64,000 nt of DNA from Cystobasidiomycetes sp. EMM_F5 (Eukaryota). Position numbers and translations under genes: made by a program. Positions 22,635 to 35,974 of the stretch are shown piece after piece (the stretch's first letter is position 1; each line of letters opens with the position of its first letter). Where the stretch lies: contig JBPGPT010000029.1 of the NCBI GenBank assembly GCA_051047955.1, positions 124,001-188,000 on the forward strand. Reading direction: 5' to 3'. Below the pieces are notes generated by a model. That model was not told the origin of the DNA and made no database searches. It worked only from the letters and a program-made list of their open reading frames with translations.

Positions 22635-22872
22635 ACGTGCCACGGGAAGTTCGCACTTCTACAGCAGTCTGATATCATCACGATCCACTGTATGTAAAGC
22701 AATCGATTGTTCTGCAGGAGTACGTATACCCATCTCGCGTTGACACCATTCTGCTTGCTTGCATGATTCTACACAACATGAGCTACTGATTTTTCACTTA
22801 ATAACCTTCCTTCGGTACTGATGCAAGTCCGCTGCAACTGATTTGACTCCTTTGACTCTTCCATGCACTGCA

Positions 22873-25617
22873 TTACGGTTTTTTCTGCGAAATGGCGGTA
22901 AATAAGTCTTTGAATCGTTGCTCTCCTCTCTTGGCAATAGCTTCAGCTCGTGCGCGTAAGCCCTGGAGGGCGGATGCTGGTATCGCGCTTCGCTGTTCCG
23001 GCGCTGTGTAGAGCACGTTCCCAAAAGCTATCATAGACCGATACTGAGTCTCTGCATCATCGTCTGCCATTGTCTGGTGGAAGGACAGATTTTAGGCTGT
23101 ATCCAACTCAGTGGCATTCCTCATCCAGACCTACTTTTTCCAGCACTTCCACCAGTAGTGTCGCACTTGACGGCGCAAGAAGTCCCTCGTACAAGACGAT
23201 GGAATAGCTGTACGGGGAGAATATCACCTCAGCTATCTCCGTCGCAGATACTGACGGTGGCTGCTCTACTCACTTCAGCGCGACAGTAGCGAACGCTGCC
23301 TTCCCATTCTTATTCAGACCGTCGAGCCCCACAACACTAAGTGTCTCCAAGATCTCTGGAGCTGCCTCTGCCATGCCTTGTTTGCCCTTTGTCAGCATGT
23401 TCGCGAGTGCGCGTAGAGCTAGCATGGCATTCGTCTCGTTCTCCTTGGCGGTAGCAGCGGGGTTTGGTGTCAGGTTCGCCAACAGCTGAAAAGCCAAGGA
23501 TGTTACGGGAGCATGCAGAGCGAATATTCGCACGATGTCGATCACAGGGAAACGATGAGATGATGGCCAATCGAGCAATTTCTCCAAAACAGTCGTAGTA
23601 GCGTTATCCACGCTAAAGGATGCTGGCGATGAGGTGCAGGAAGATACTGCCGATTGCAGGGTGATGGTATCAGCGGAATCCAGAGGAAATTCAGTCGCGG
23701 TAGACTGAGCACATTTAAAGAAGTCAGTGCTTTCGCATGGTGCGATGATTGCACTAAACACCTACGGTATCGTTTGCTAGCTTGGCATTCAGATCGAAAA
23801 CCTTCTTCAAAGCTGCTGCAAGATTGGCTTGAGGGAAGGTGAGGAAGGTTTTCTTGCGCATGACGTAAGCAGAGTGCGGTCCTAAGTAAAAGGCGAATAA
23901 TAGCTTACATGTGGTAGTAAAGACGATGATGCGGCGGATGGAGCTGACGCAGAGCTCCCCCATGGGTCGCTCGTAAAGGTCGCATTGGTGTTGTTGGCAG
24001 GCGGCGCTCTTCGATAGCTCGAACTTCCCGTGTAAGGGTCGCCTCCTGCCGCGCCGCTCTGGCCCAGTGTTTGCCCAGCAGTGTTCTTCTCGATGAATTG
24101 AACGACTTGATCGACATAAGATGCAGGAAGGTCGTTTCTCAGCAGAAACTTCTCCGCAGCTTCATACGGATTTTCTGTTGATCAGATACTTAATGAGCTC
24201 GACAATAGCCGATTCGACACTACGCTTCGGCTCACGAGTCACGTTGAAAGGCAGCTTGAGTGGTGGTTGACCCTCGGCAACGTCCACATCGAAGACGTAA
24301 TCATACTCTTGTCCCTCATACAGTTGCCTTCGACCAGATCCTACGGCGTCGACAACTTGACCAATCTTTACCCATTTCCCTTCGGCTGAGCTCCACTGGT
24401 AGGCCTCTACATCTCCGCCGACCGTCTTGGCCATTGCAATCTCGCCCTCCTTCTTGCCTGTTCGACCTTTTAAGCTATCAGCGTCAGGCAAGTCTGTCTT
24501 TTTGACGTCGCCAATCTGGTTTGCGGTAATGGCAGAAGCCGAGACGAGCTCCTCAAACTCCTTGATAGCTTCAGGCGGTGCATATCGAGCGGGGTCTTGG
24601 GTGAAGATGCGAACGCAGTTGTCAGACGAGCCGACGATAAGATCGGAAGAGCCGTCCTTTAGCACCGCAATTGACCATATAGATATTGCCGGGATGGTGA
24701 TTATTTGGTCTACGTCTCCTGTTAGGCGGTTCCATATCCGTACAGACCTGTCCTCGCCGGAGCTGGCCAAGGTACCGTCTGGGGTGCAAGCGAGCGAGTA
24801 TACAAACGAATCGTGCCCATTTAGAGTACGCAGGTGGTCTCCAGTCTTCCAGTCCCATATCATGACGTTGCCATCGTTGCCGGAGGACGCAAACACATTG
24901 TTGCCGGTCGAAGCTGGCAGGAGCGTTAGTGCGCGAACGGGCTGTGTGTGCCCTTTGAACGTTTGGATATGTTGATCATTCGAGTAGAGGCGTATAGTCT
25001 TGTCTGCAGACGCTGCGAGCGTCAATATAGCGTCGGGAGTTGATGCATTGCTTATAATCTTTACTGCCCAAATACTCAATTCCGAGCCCTGCAGAGTGAA
25101 TATCGCCTCGCCTGATGGATCGTCTACATTCCAGAGCCTCGCGGTACTGTTGTATAGCGTTTCAAGTCAGTCGTACAGAGCGTTTCCGCGTTAGCTGGCT
25201 GTTTTTCGCGACTGACGTGTCCCAGGATCCGCTGGCAATCCAACCGCGGACTGGGCCATCGTCGTCTGCGGTGTCGATGGCGCACACCACTCCTACGTGG
25301 CCTATGAGCGTCCTCAGCGGTTCAGGCTGCTGTCCGGGCGCCGTTTCCGCTGGCCAAACGAGTAATGTTGCGTCCTTTGATCCAGTGACGACGAAGGGCG
25401 TCCCGTCTGCCATCCTCGCTGATCCAATCGCATTCACAAAGTCCGTGTGCCCTCCAAAGACCGTCTCGCACGTCCACCCCGTCCCCGTCCTCCCCTTCCA
25501 GCTCCTCGCCGTCCCATCCCGGCTCGCTGACAGCACCAACCCCCCGTCCGCCGTCGACGACACTGCCCGCACGTCCTGCGTGTGTCCCAGCAGCGTAGCG
25601 CTCAGCTTGTAGGGCAT
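22873..25617 (-). CDS. DOA1: Doa1/Ufd3/PLAA ubiquitin homeostasis protein (WD40 + PFU + PUL); multi-exon
   Basis: YKLSATLLGHTQDVRAV WD40 start. PFU motif YEGQEYDYVFDVDV..G.PPLKLPFN. PUL motifs WP..HRFPVIDIVR and E.QYR.MIAFG. Confidence 0.92.
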
Positions 25618-26263
25618 CCTGTCCAGTTTTCAGCGTCGAAATTGGTCGAGAATTGAGGTTATGGGCGATATCATATAGAATGGACGACTGACAGCGAGAC
25701 TGCTTCTTTTCATTTAAAATGATGGTCATACACCCCTCCGGAATGATATCGCTGATTTAGTTCTGACGATTTACCCGTCTCTCTCTTCTCGCATCTCCGC
25801 TTTCAACTTCATAAACTCATATTACGCATCCCACCTCATCATGTCATCATAAAAGCTGGAGGAAAGGCTATCGACATAAGCTAAGGCCACATACTTGCTC
25901 AATATTGTTGTATGTTCCAATTTGGTAGTCGCTTCAATGTGCAAACTGCAGGTGTGTCTGCAGAAAGGCCGTGCACGATAAATCCCAAAGGTCGTTGCCA
26001 TGCACCCTATTACTGCTATGAGCCTTCTATTAGTCTATGTTACAGCCCGGCCTTCCAGATGAACAGGACTCCCGCAAGATATTTCCCCACACTTCTGGAT
26101 GCCATTACGATGCAAGAGCGTAATGGCCGCTCTTGATCTTAGGAGGACCAAATCCCCGTTTTTGATAGCTTAAAGTACGTTCTAAATGAGCTTTTGAAGC
26201 ACTTTTTGAACGTTGTAAGGGCCGCTCAGCCTTCTTTGTGAACGTTTTTAAGAGGCGTCTAGT

Positions 26264-27521
26264 TTATGCAAACTTCCAGGCGATTCCAAAGACACCGCTG
26301 CTCAAGTCGCCCAGAGCAGAGTATGCACCAATGGATAAGTCAAGGTTTCCGTAACCTCCGCATGTAGGGCACTCGTCCGCGACCGTGGCAGTGATAGTTT
26401 TGCCAGTACTGGTGTTTTGGATGACAACCTTTCGGCCGCAGTTGGACCAGGAATAGGCGCTCGAATCCAAGGCGACGATGTATGCGTAGTCATTGTTGTA
26501 GTTGCCGCATGCGCCAGGCTGGCCGTTCTGTTCATACTGAAAAATCCCCGCTTTCAGCTATATCCTACACATCACAATCCTCGTCCGACTCACCCATGTC
26601 GCCCGACCGTAGTAAGAGTAGCCACCGGATGAGGAACCAGAGTTGGAGGAGGACTGCTGAGTAGTGGCAGGAGGAGTATAAGCAGAGGTAGTGGGGGTGT
26701 AGTCATCCTTCTTGGAGGACGTTGGGGTCCAAGCAGAGGACGAGCTAGACTTGGGTGCGACATATTGGCTAGAAGAAGACTGAGGAGTCCAGACGCTCGA
26801 TGAGCTTGGCTTGGCGGCGGAGGACGTGGCAGGAGTCCACGCGGCGGAGGAAGTGGGCTTGGTGACCGGAGCGGTGTATGGAGTGCTCGATGGGGTGTAA
26901 GTTGCCTTCCATGTGGAGGATGGGGGAGGAGTCCATGAAGATGGCTTGATTCCAGCCGGGACAACCTTGTCAACAACTTGATAGGTAGCGGTAAAGTTGG
27001 CAGCGCCGGCAGGGGCGAGCAAGTCGAAGACAGCCGGGGAGACTGAGAGGTAGTCGTACGAGCACTGTAAGCACTCATCAACGATCACTTGAATCATGCA
27101 CAATAATTAGCGGATGTCAAGCCAAATGCCAGTTTATAGGACATACTGGCAAGCGCAGATTTTCCAGTCTTTGGGTTGGTGATGTTCAAAGAAACACCGC
27201 AGCTCTCGGTCTTGCTGTACGTGTTGTTGCTCTTGATCGAGACGACATACTCGTAGGACTGATTCCAGTATCCGCAGCCGCGGAACCAGTTGTAAGTCGG
27301 GTCGAACTTCTGGACGGCAGCTACAGGAAGCGTGCGCAGTCAGCACATGGGAAAAGACAAGAGGCGAAGGAGCGAGACAACATACTGAAGGGACCGAAGA
27401 TGGTAGTCTTGGGCCATGTGTGGTTGAAGGCCCACAAATTGTCATCTGCCCATCGCTCGGTCAGAGGAGCGGCGGCAGTGAGAGCAGCAAAAGCTGAAGC
27501 AACGACGACGGAGCTGAGCAT
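26264..27521 (-). CDS. Secreted expansin-like/RlpA-like protein with two DPBB-type domains flanking a Ser/Thr linker
   Basis: Signal peptide MLSSVVVASAFAALTAAAP. Domain 1: GCG...SCG..LNITNPKTGK...IVDECLQC...LSVSPAVF. Domain 2: GRATW..GACG...CGRKVVI...VADECPTC...LDLS.GAY. Confidence 0.85.
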
Positions 27522-28350
27522 GGTGATGTTGGATGATGAGGCGGTGATTGATCAGATAAGATTAAATCAAAATAGGGGTAGGGAGGGACAGGTATATGGA
27601 GAATACGCGAAGAGCTCAGGAATGAGGACAAGAGAGACAAGAGGCGAAGGAGACTCGCAGCTGTTTATTTATTTGTGTGCAGGATTTGCGCGGGAAGCAT
27701 CAGCTATCAAAAGGGAGTCCTCCGGCTCAATGGAAAATTTTTCGAGTGACCACTGGATGATTGCATTCTGCAGCTAGACTGAGCCCTGTTCCTGTATGGG
27801 AGGATAAAGAGTGACAAACGGTTTGCTCGATATACGCATCCGGTACGGGCGAGCCTTCGCCTTTGAGGCCTGTCAGTCCCGTAGCCGTTTCCGCCGCTGG
27901 CCACTCTGCACACGGAACAACCATAAAGTGACACAAAACACAAACAAATAGTCCGCGTGCGGTCCCATAAAGTAGAACCCTTGTTCCTTGACTGTGCTGG
28001 TCACTTATTTACAAAACAAAACAAGGTGACCGACGGTTCAGATGAGAAGCCGAGAATTTGCCGAATCCGGAAGGAGGGGGATGGGCCCCATCAAACATGC
28101 GAGGACACCGTTGGACGCATGGAGGCAAGTGTCGCCTGCAAGATGGCCAGACCGCCTCAGTCGCTCAAGCATGTCAGCCTTTCGTTGAGGTTAGCATGTG
28201 AGCGGGGTCAGCATTGTTGGATGTCTAGAAGAGCTGGGTCCTTCAGAAATTTTTCAAGCGGAAGCATTTCGATCGCCTGTAGCGACACAACAGTCGCACC
28301 CTATCAGACTGACTAGGGAACATTATCGACTTGTCATGAGGCGCCTGCGC

Positions 28351-31300
28351 CTACTCGGTCATTATTGTATCGCCAGTGCTGGTCTGAAGTTCCGCCGCAG
28401 GACCGGGAGTGGGCTCAGCTTCTGCGGTAGCGGACATTTCTATAGTTGTATCTTCCTGCGTCGTGTTCTTCGTCGCTGCTGAATCCGATCCCGCTTGCTC
28501 GGTTTCCGCTGGAACCAATGGTAGAGCTGGCATGTTGCTGCTGGACTCATCCACCCTTGCCTTCGGTTCGCGGTCGTCTGTTTGCATCGCTTGTGCAGGT
28601 GTAGCATTGAGTGGAGATATTGCAGACGTATTGTCATCCGCCGTAATTGGTCCCTTCTTCCCATCGGCGTCACTAACTGGTTTATTACGCTGCGAAGGTA
28701 CCTGTTCCTTCTGGTTCTGCTCGCTTTGCGCCATTGCCCATTTCTCCCAACGGGTCTTGCGCCGTGTACGTAACTTTGCAGTCTGATCCTGTTCAAAAAC
28801 AGAGGGCGCTGCGCGAGCCCGGATCATGACGTCCTCAGTCGATTTTTGCCAGAAGATACGGTAGCTTCGCATGCATATACGGCTTTCCAGCTCGGACCGT
28901 ATTTGAAGCTCAGGCAACGGACTACTCTTGACCGCGCGTAAATTACGACCTGTATAGACAGTTTTCGCTATGATGTCTCCGCTGAGTGCGAGATCCTGTG
29001 TAATTTCGTCTGAGAGGAAAGACTCGATGTACTTCTCCCAGGCCTTCGACAAGTCAATCTCGTCCTCCGGTAGAACCTCGTCTTTGCCCAAGAGTTGAAA
29101 GGTGAGAAGGTGGCGCTGTGGTTGCCATTCTACACGATAAAGGTTCTCATCACTGCCAGCGGCCATCTCAGCGTTGCGGCGGTACGAGACCTGCTGAGCT
29201 TGCACAGTAGTTGGGTACCGCCTGTCATCCACGAGGAGCTTGAAAACTTCTCCATTGGACACGTAAGCCTCCCTATTGGCATCAATGAGGGACCACACCG
29301 TTTTGACGAGTGCCGACAGCAGTTTGTCGATAGTGAACATAAGATAGGCTTTATTTCCGAAGAGTCCGCGAATTCCATCTTCAAAGGTGCCCTGGTCAAT
29401 CTCGGAGCCAAAGAGGCTTTCACACAACTCCATCATGTTGTCATACAAGGTGGTCGTCTTATTTTCGGCGTTTTTGTTCGTGGTCGCTTTGCCGTACTGG
29501 GTGAACGTCGAATTGCCAAGCTGGTCCTTGGTGGCTGCTAGTGCCAGAGCACGAGAGGCTTCCTTCATAGTCTCCAGCCGAGAGTACAGCAGCTGCAGTA
29601 ACCTGATTGCAATATAGTATGGGGTATTGCAGAAGAAATTAAAGCGGCGTATCTGATGATGCCGTGAGTGCGGACTGCTACTATGGCTGGAACTAGATTC
29701 ACCGGAGGAGTTTGGGGTGGGAGGGACGGACGAGACCCCTTCAGCTTGCCCATCGGTCTTGGGGGGCTCCTGTTCTGACTGCGAACGAAGATCGAGTGGT
29801 GCCGGTCCTACATTCAGCGCTGAGCTTTCTAATGACTGTGCCGTGGAACTGGGAACATTGATGGTTTCGACACCCTGCATGGAGTCCAATCCAGCCGCAG
29901 TGGCCGGTACGTCTGTCTTAAAGGTGCTGTCGCCGTTGTGAGCCTCCTCTATCGGGAGATTGGAGTCAATTGAAGCATCAAGCGCTGGCTTTGTATCGAT
30001 TATCATGCTGCTGTTGCCATTCAAGGCATCTTGTGGTAATGAGCTGTCTTGTCCGTTGGTCGTGACTTCGACTGTCGGGTCACTTGGCAGACCATCCACA
30101 GCAGCATCGCTAGGACGACCGTCCCCGAGGGCATGGCGCATAACCTTCTGACGTAGGTCGGCCTTCTTTTTGGCAGCTGTCTCGTCAGATCCATTGGTCA
30201 TTCGATGGCGAAGACCATTCGAGAGTGTTGAGGGCGAATCACTTTGGTTCCCGGGATCGTCGCCCGACATGCTAGTATCATCATCGGCTGGCAGCGGCTT
30301 CAGCATCGTATCGAGTACGGAGACAGGGACTGCGAACACGAGCGAGGTGAGACTGCGTAAAAACGCTTCGATGCGATCCCGCTCCGCCATAGTGTGGTAT
30401 CCTGGAGCACGATCAAGATATGACAGGAGCAGCTTCAACGAATCGAACAGTATGTTTTCGTCCTGAATTTGGTATGCCAATTGATACGTCGCAGGAGGCG
30501 GCCGCATGGCAGGAGGAGCCGAGATCTGACGCTGCATCTCGATCCTTCGCAGATTTTCGATTTCGTTAACGAGTGACTTTGAGGCAAGATACCGCTTATC
30601 CTGTGCTTTGAATGTTATGCCTTGGTGATCCAAGCTACGGTAGAAGTTCTTCGCATCAACCTCTCGCCAGACGCGATTCCACTCGCGTAAAGACTGCTTC
30701 CACTCCTCGTCCTTCTGTTTCAAGCGTGTCAAAACAATGGGGACAGTGATGCAAGGGTTTTCGTGGAGCGCATGAATGACTTCTCGGCCAACGTCCTTTC
30801 CGTAGACCTTCTTAATGACACGCTGGTATATGCTTTTGCTTTGTCCGCCTAGGCCATTCTTCAATCGGAAATTTTGCCGTTCTTCCGGTTCCATCGACAT
30901 GATGCGAGATGCAATTGGCTCTAGCAGCGCAATCGTCCGAATGTTCGCCTCGATATGAAAGTCGTACTCGTGCCTCTCCTCTTCCGTGCGATGCAGAGCC
31001 TCCTCGAATGGATTCTTGCGGTGTGCAATGAAGACTTCCTCGCTGCCTAGACTCATGACTGAGACCCATTCATCGTTAAGGACCTCCCAGCAGAGATTGT
31101 CACGGCCAGAGCAGTTCCGATTGATGTCCTTTGTAATCTACGGCTTAGTAAACACGCGCGAGAACAGATGAAACAACTTACATGAGCAGGTAGTCGCCTA
31201 TAGCTGGGTCCAGCTGCAGGCATCTTCGTAAGGTCGGTCGTCTTTCGATCGATCGCCGGAATATTCTCAATGATCCATTCGCCATTTTCGATGGTGCGGC

Positions 31301-33874
31301 CGGCAATGACCGCCCCATCACGCCATCCGACTATTTCCCTAAAGTCTGCCCACAAGTCTGGAGCATTGCCGATAAACAACCAAGCTCGGCTGACGAGGGT
31401 AGGCAAGTCGATGAGATCCTGAGTATAAAGGTTTAAAAGCTTGAGGAATTCGTAGTATGTAAACTTATCGTCGATCCACTCTGTTACTCTATCGAAGAAA
31501 TGTCTCTCTTCAAGAGACTCTCCCGCTACAGGCGGATCGGTCTGGTTGACCATGTCCATACTTCCGTTACCAGGCAAAGTATATCCAGCCGGGAGATAGC
31601 TGAGTATTGGTTGAGGATAGACTGATGTGGTTCCAGCACCCGACGTGCCATTTGGTCCAGCATCGTACCGCATGTTACTCTGCTGAGCGACTGTAGGAGG
31701 ATCTCGGACCCCTGCAAGGACGCTCTTGGTCATACCGCGCTTGCCCGTCTTTTGTCTGACTACGGGCGCAGTAGTCGGACCAGATGCGGCCGGAACAGCA
31801 GGTGTAGCATACACCGGGGGAGGGGGAGCTGCGGCAACGCTCGTTTGTCCTGGCACATTACTGTAACCTGCTCGCTTCCGCTTGAGCGATGCGGCAGCAT
31901 CTTCAACTACTGCAGGTGCGACTGCAGCAGGTTTGGCTTTTGCACGACTAGCGCTGGCCGTTTTGGCGGCTACCATCGGCACAATGTTGGTTAGTAAAAG
32001 CGCCAGTACTCGCTTCGGTATAGAGACACATACTGTCGCTCTGTTGACTGTGGTCCGGCAGAAACTGTTTGAACTCATCCAGCAGATCCGGCGCGGCTTT
32101 GAACAGCTTAGTAACTTGGACATACACCTGCAAGTCGATGGATTGGCATGAGATGCAATGATGGCGGCTGCAAAAGGCTCCACTTACTTCGCTGATAGGC
32201 TTGTGCTCTTTCTGATAAGTTTGCAGGATGTCCAGGAAGTTCTTGTAGACGTCTGGTTCTCGAATGAAACGAGATTTGATCTTGTTGACGTAAGAAATGG
32301 CATGGCTGGCGATTCACCCAATATCGTTAGTCTGAGTACATGCACCAGTAACAGCAGACGTACTTGAACTCTATCGGTGTGCGAGTACCTCCGCTTCGAT
32401 TCTCGGATAATGTGGCAGCAGCGCCGGGCGTTGCAGTGCGCGATGCTTGTGCAGTTGCAGGTGGAGCAGCCAATGTAGCTGGAAGTGGAGCTGGCACTGT
32501 GGGTGCAATGGCAGTAGCAGAAGCAGCAGAAGCAGCAGGAGCAGCTGTTGCCTTAGCTGCGGGTGCTGTTGAAGGTGCAACTGCCGGTGTTGGAGCCGGC
32601 GTCCCAGTCGCTTTTGTAACCGCATCAGTGCTTGCGGATGCGGGTACTGTTGTGGATGCTGGCGCGGGTGCGGGTGTGGTTACTGATGAGGGCGCGGGTG
32701 CGGGCGCAGATGCGGCAACGCTGGAAACCGCAGCAGGAGGTGCAGGCGTCGTGGTAGCCGCAGCTGGCTGAGGAGATGCCGACGTGACTTCTGTTGAGAG
32801 TTTTGCTTGCGGATTCCTTACAGCATCCTTCAAAGAGATATACGTCCCAGCTGCAGATGGTTTGGCAGCAGCAGCAGGTGCGACTTCTCGCTTGACAGCG
32901 GGTTGAGGTGCCGCTTGTACCGGAGCCGGAACGGATGGGGTTGTCACAGCTGCGGGAGTGGATGCTGCGGGTGCATTTGTGACTGGCTTCGTATTGACTG
33001 CTGTGGATGCTGCTGTCGCAGGTGTCGACTGAGCCGGAGTAGCGGGAGTTGGGCGATCTTTCGAGGCCACCTCGGCGGTCTGCGCTTTTGGAGTAGCAGC
33101 AGCGACTTTGGTGGGGGCTGCAGGTGTCGTACTTGATCTCTGCCATGAACCTCTGGCTGTCGTTCCCGGAGTGGCTCTACTCGGATCAGCCGGTGCTCTC
33201 GGACGGAGATTGTTTGAAAAGCCAGACGGAAATCTCTGCACACCTTGCGGGGTGATGACTGTGATTGTCGTGTCTTTTGGGTCTAGCGGGGCGACGAGGC
33301 GGTATCCATCTGGCAGAAAGGTATTGAATCCAGAGATGAGCTGAGGCTGGCTGCGAAAGAGGCTCGATACGCGGTCGATGACGCCGGGGGTGTCGATTCT
33401 GCGGCGGAAATTAATCAGGCTACTGCATCAGTCGTCGCATCGTCCATTTCAGCCTCACACATGCTGCTTGAAGTCCTTCCTGCAGTTTGCCCATATCATC
33501 AGCGAGCGGACCACACCACCGGGAATCGCAACACGCACATAATGTCGAGGAACCTGTTGTAGATGTCTGGCTCCGAGCTGAACGACAGCTTGACCTGGTC
33601 GAGGTAGCTGAGGGCGTCTTTGACGTTTAGCTGTTGAAACATTATCAGCGATAACTAATACGACTTTCGCAAAACTTGCAGCCGAGTTTCCTGGTGCGGT
33701 GGTCGTCGCTGCAGAGCTGCTCGTCGTCGTCGTCGTTGTTGTCGGGGTTGTTGGGTTTCCTTTGGCAGCTGCATTGATGTTCCCATTCCCATTATTGACG
33801 GGTGCCGCCGTCGTCGCTGCTGCTGGCCCACTGCCATTGTTGCCATTGGAACTCGCTGCTCCAGTCCCGCTCAT
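28351..33874 (-). CDS. SIN3: Sin3 transcriptional co-repressor (PAH domains, HDAC-interaction domain, Sin3 C-terminal domain); multi-exon
   Basis: PAH1 [14 protein letters not shown]...[14 protein letters not shown]...GFNTFLP. PAH2 [15 protein letters not shown]3 [53 protein letters not shown]-terminal FTIDKL. Confidence 0.95.
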
Positions 33875-34906
33875 CGTTGTTTTGCTCGTTGTTTTCCCAT
33901 TTGGTTGGAGTCAAAGAGATGTGAGCCAAAAGAAGTCAGCCCGGGCTTGCTCTTCAGACAACTCGCACGAAACGCCAACAACAGCAAGTAATGCACTACG
34001 CTGATAGGAAACGAATAGTCTGTCCAGTCAAACTCGCGAAAAGCTCGTTATCGTAGCTTGAATTACCGATGACGGGTAGTAATTCGCAGCGGACGTGGAA
34101 AGGCTGACTTACATGGACAACCTGCACGTTTGCAGCTTTGCGGGCATGCCTTAAAGTGCGCAAGGTGCCTCGCGGCTGTCGGGCACTCCTAGAAGAGTAA
34201 AAAGCGGAGACACTCACATATAACCTATAATAGCAGGGTTTTTGTAGCAGTCTTTTCAGCAGAAGCAGCATGAGGATATACTGGACAGTAGCAAGGAGCG
34301 GATATTCAGTTGGAGGAGTGTATCGCATTGCGTAGCGAGGAGGTAAGCGGAAAGGTGGGGCTGGTGAGTTGAATAGAAGTATGCTCGGTCTTGAAATGGA
34401 TGGAATAGACCTTCGCACTCTACAGCTGAGCCAGTCAGACTCGTCGAATGCACTGTGTCGATAGTGGAAGGGCTCGGGTCATTATCATCGACAAATGCAC
34501 AAGTCAGTAACGCACAAGTCAGCTCGACTGTCGAATCGGATTACGCGGATGCCTCAGAGTACTTTGATTTGTATTTGTATCCATATTGTACTTGCTGCAT
34601 CAGCTCGTCGTTGTCAGGTTCTCGCTTCTGGACGTCAGCGATATATCCTTGATTCATGATTAGCCCGTCAGCCTTTTGCTCTCGCCAACCACTGACGCGC
34701 ATATCGGATCAGCTAACATTTCCGGAAGACTAACTCGAAGCGTGTACGTTGCCGCTGAGTGACTGACAAGTCGAAAATTCAGTTGGCTGCCGTAGATGTG
34801 ACGCTGATTATGAGGTATGTAGACCCCTCTCCACCTCGTAATCTCAAACAATCTCGCCATTACTCCCATCCTACCGCGTATATCATTCCCGCATCCGTGT
34901 TCAGCC

Positions 34907-35848
34907 ATGTCCATTTTCACTCAATCCGGCGTGCATCTGAGCCACATCGAGAAGCTGTCGGAGGCGACAATCAACGAAGCCTTCAAGAGCGCTCTGGATC
35001 TTCTTGAAAGCAAAGACTGGAAGACTGCAAAGCACCACACGTCATCTGGTTACAGCGTACAGTGCTACCGCCATGCTGGTGTAGCAAGATCCGACACTGC
35101 CTGGCATATGCGGATATCGCACCACAATCCCGACGAACTGGAGTATGAGACATTTCGGGCAGGGCTACTGATTGAACACACGCACAACGAATCACAGTAC
35201 ATCCACAACATGGCGCACTTTGAGCGAATCAAGACGCTGCAGCAAGGTATCGCAGAGGGTGGGTTGGAAGCCTCTGTCGGTATTGTACATTGACAATTTG
35301 AATTGACTTTCACAATCGACATCAACGCCGACTCGTAGTCTTCCTCATACAATACAAGATGCCGTTTGTCACGTCAAATAGGGAATTCGTAGAGCTCATA
35401 CTGACCCGAGATCAGCCGCCGAGTGCTAGCGGGAACAGGTCTTTCCTCGTCGTGTCCATTCCCGTTCTCGATGTCAAGACGTCAAAGGGCATGGTCCGAG
35501 GCTTGTACATCTCCGTGGAGCACGTCGAGGAGACTGTTGATGAGAACGGTGTGAAAGGCATCAGATGGCGGTCAGCCCTGCATTTTATTGGAAGACTTTG
35601 CAACCGCTGATCATGATGGCAACAGCATGGCAACAGCCTCGCAGCCTGGAGGAATGATTCCGCAAGCTACCGTGGAAATGTCGGTGGGTCGTCGCTCTTG
35701 GCAATGGCAATCTGACCACATTGGCAATCTGATCACAATTTGCATCCAGCTCGATTCAGCCATTGTCAAGGACGTTCCCGCTTTTGCCGAATGGGCAAAG
35801 CGAACGAGACCTGCACATCCTACAGCAACCATCAATACTCAAGACTGA
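34907..35848 (+). CDS. DUF3074 / START-like lipid-binding domain protein; multi-exon
   Basis: WHMRISHH, F..GLL.EH..NE..YI, NREFVEL, RSFLVVSIPV, VRGLYISVEHV, W-RMATAS.PGG.IP, KDVP.F. Confidence 0.8.
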
Positions 35849-35974
35849 GCCACCCGCAGATTCATTCTAGGCTATGCACTTCTATTGTTGTAGCGGAATC
35901 ACACAGTGACCGAATGAGATAATAACAGCAGCTTTTATGCAGAGTGCACGACACGCCGAGACCCCTCTCCTATC

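Noticed and set aside
25470..25546. G-run-rich first exon of DOA1 as an RNA G-quadruplex
   Set aside because: One loop is 17 nt, and the runs are explained by Gly/Thr/Arg codon choice.
32327..33241. Ala/Pro/Thr-rich ORF as an adhesin or mucin
   Set aside because: It is the linker exon between SIN3 PAH1 and PAH2.
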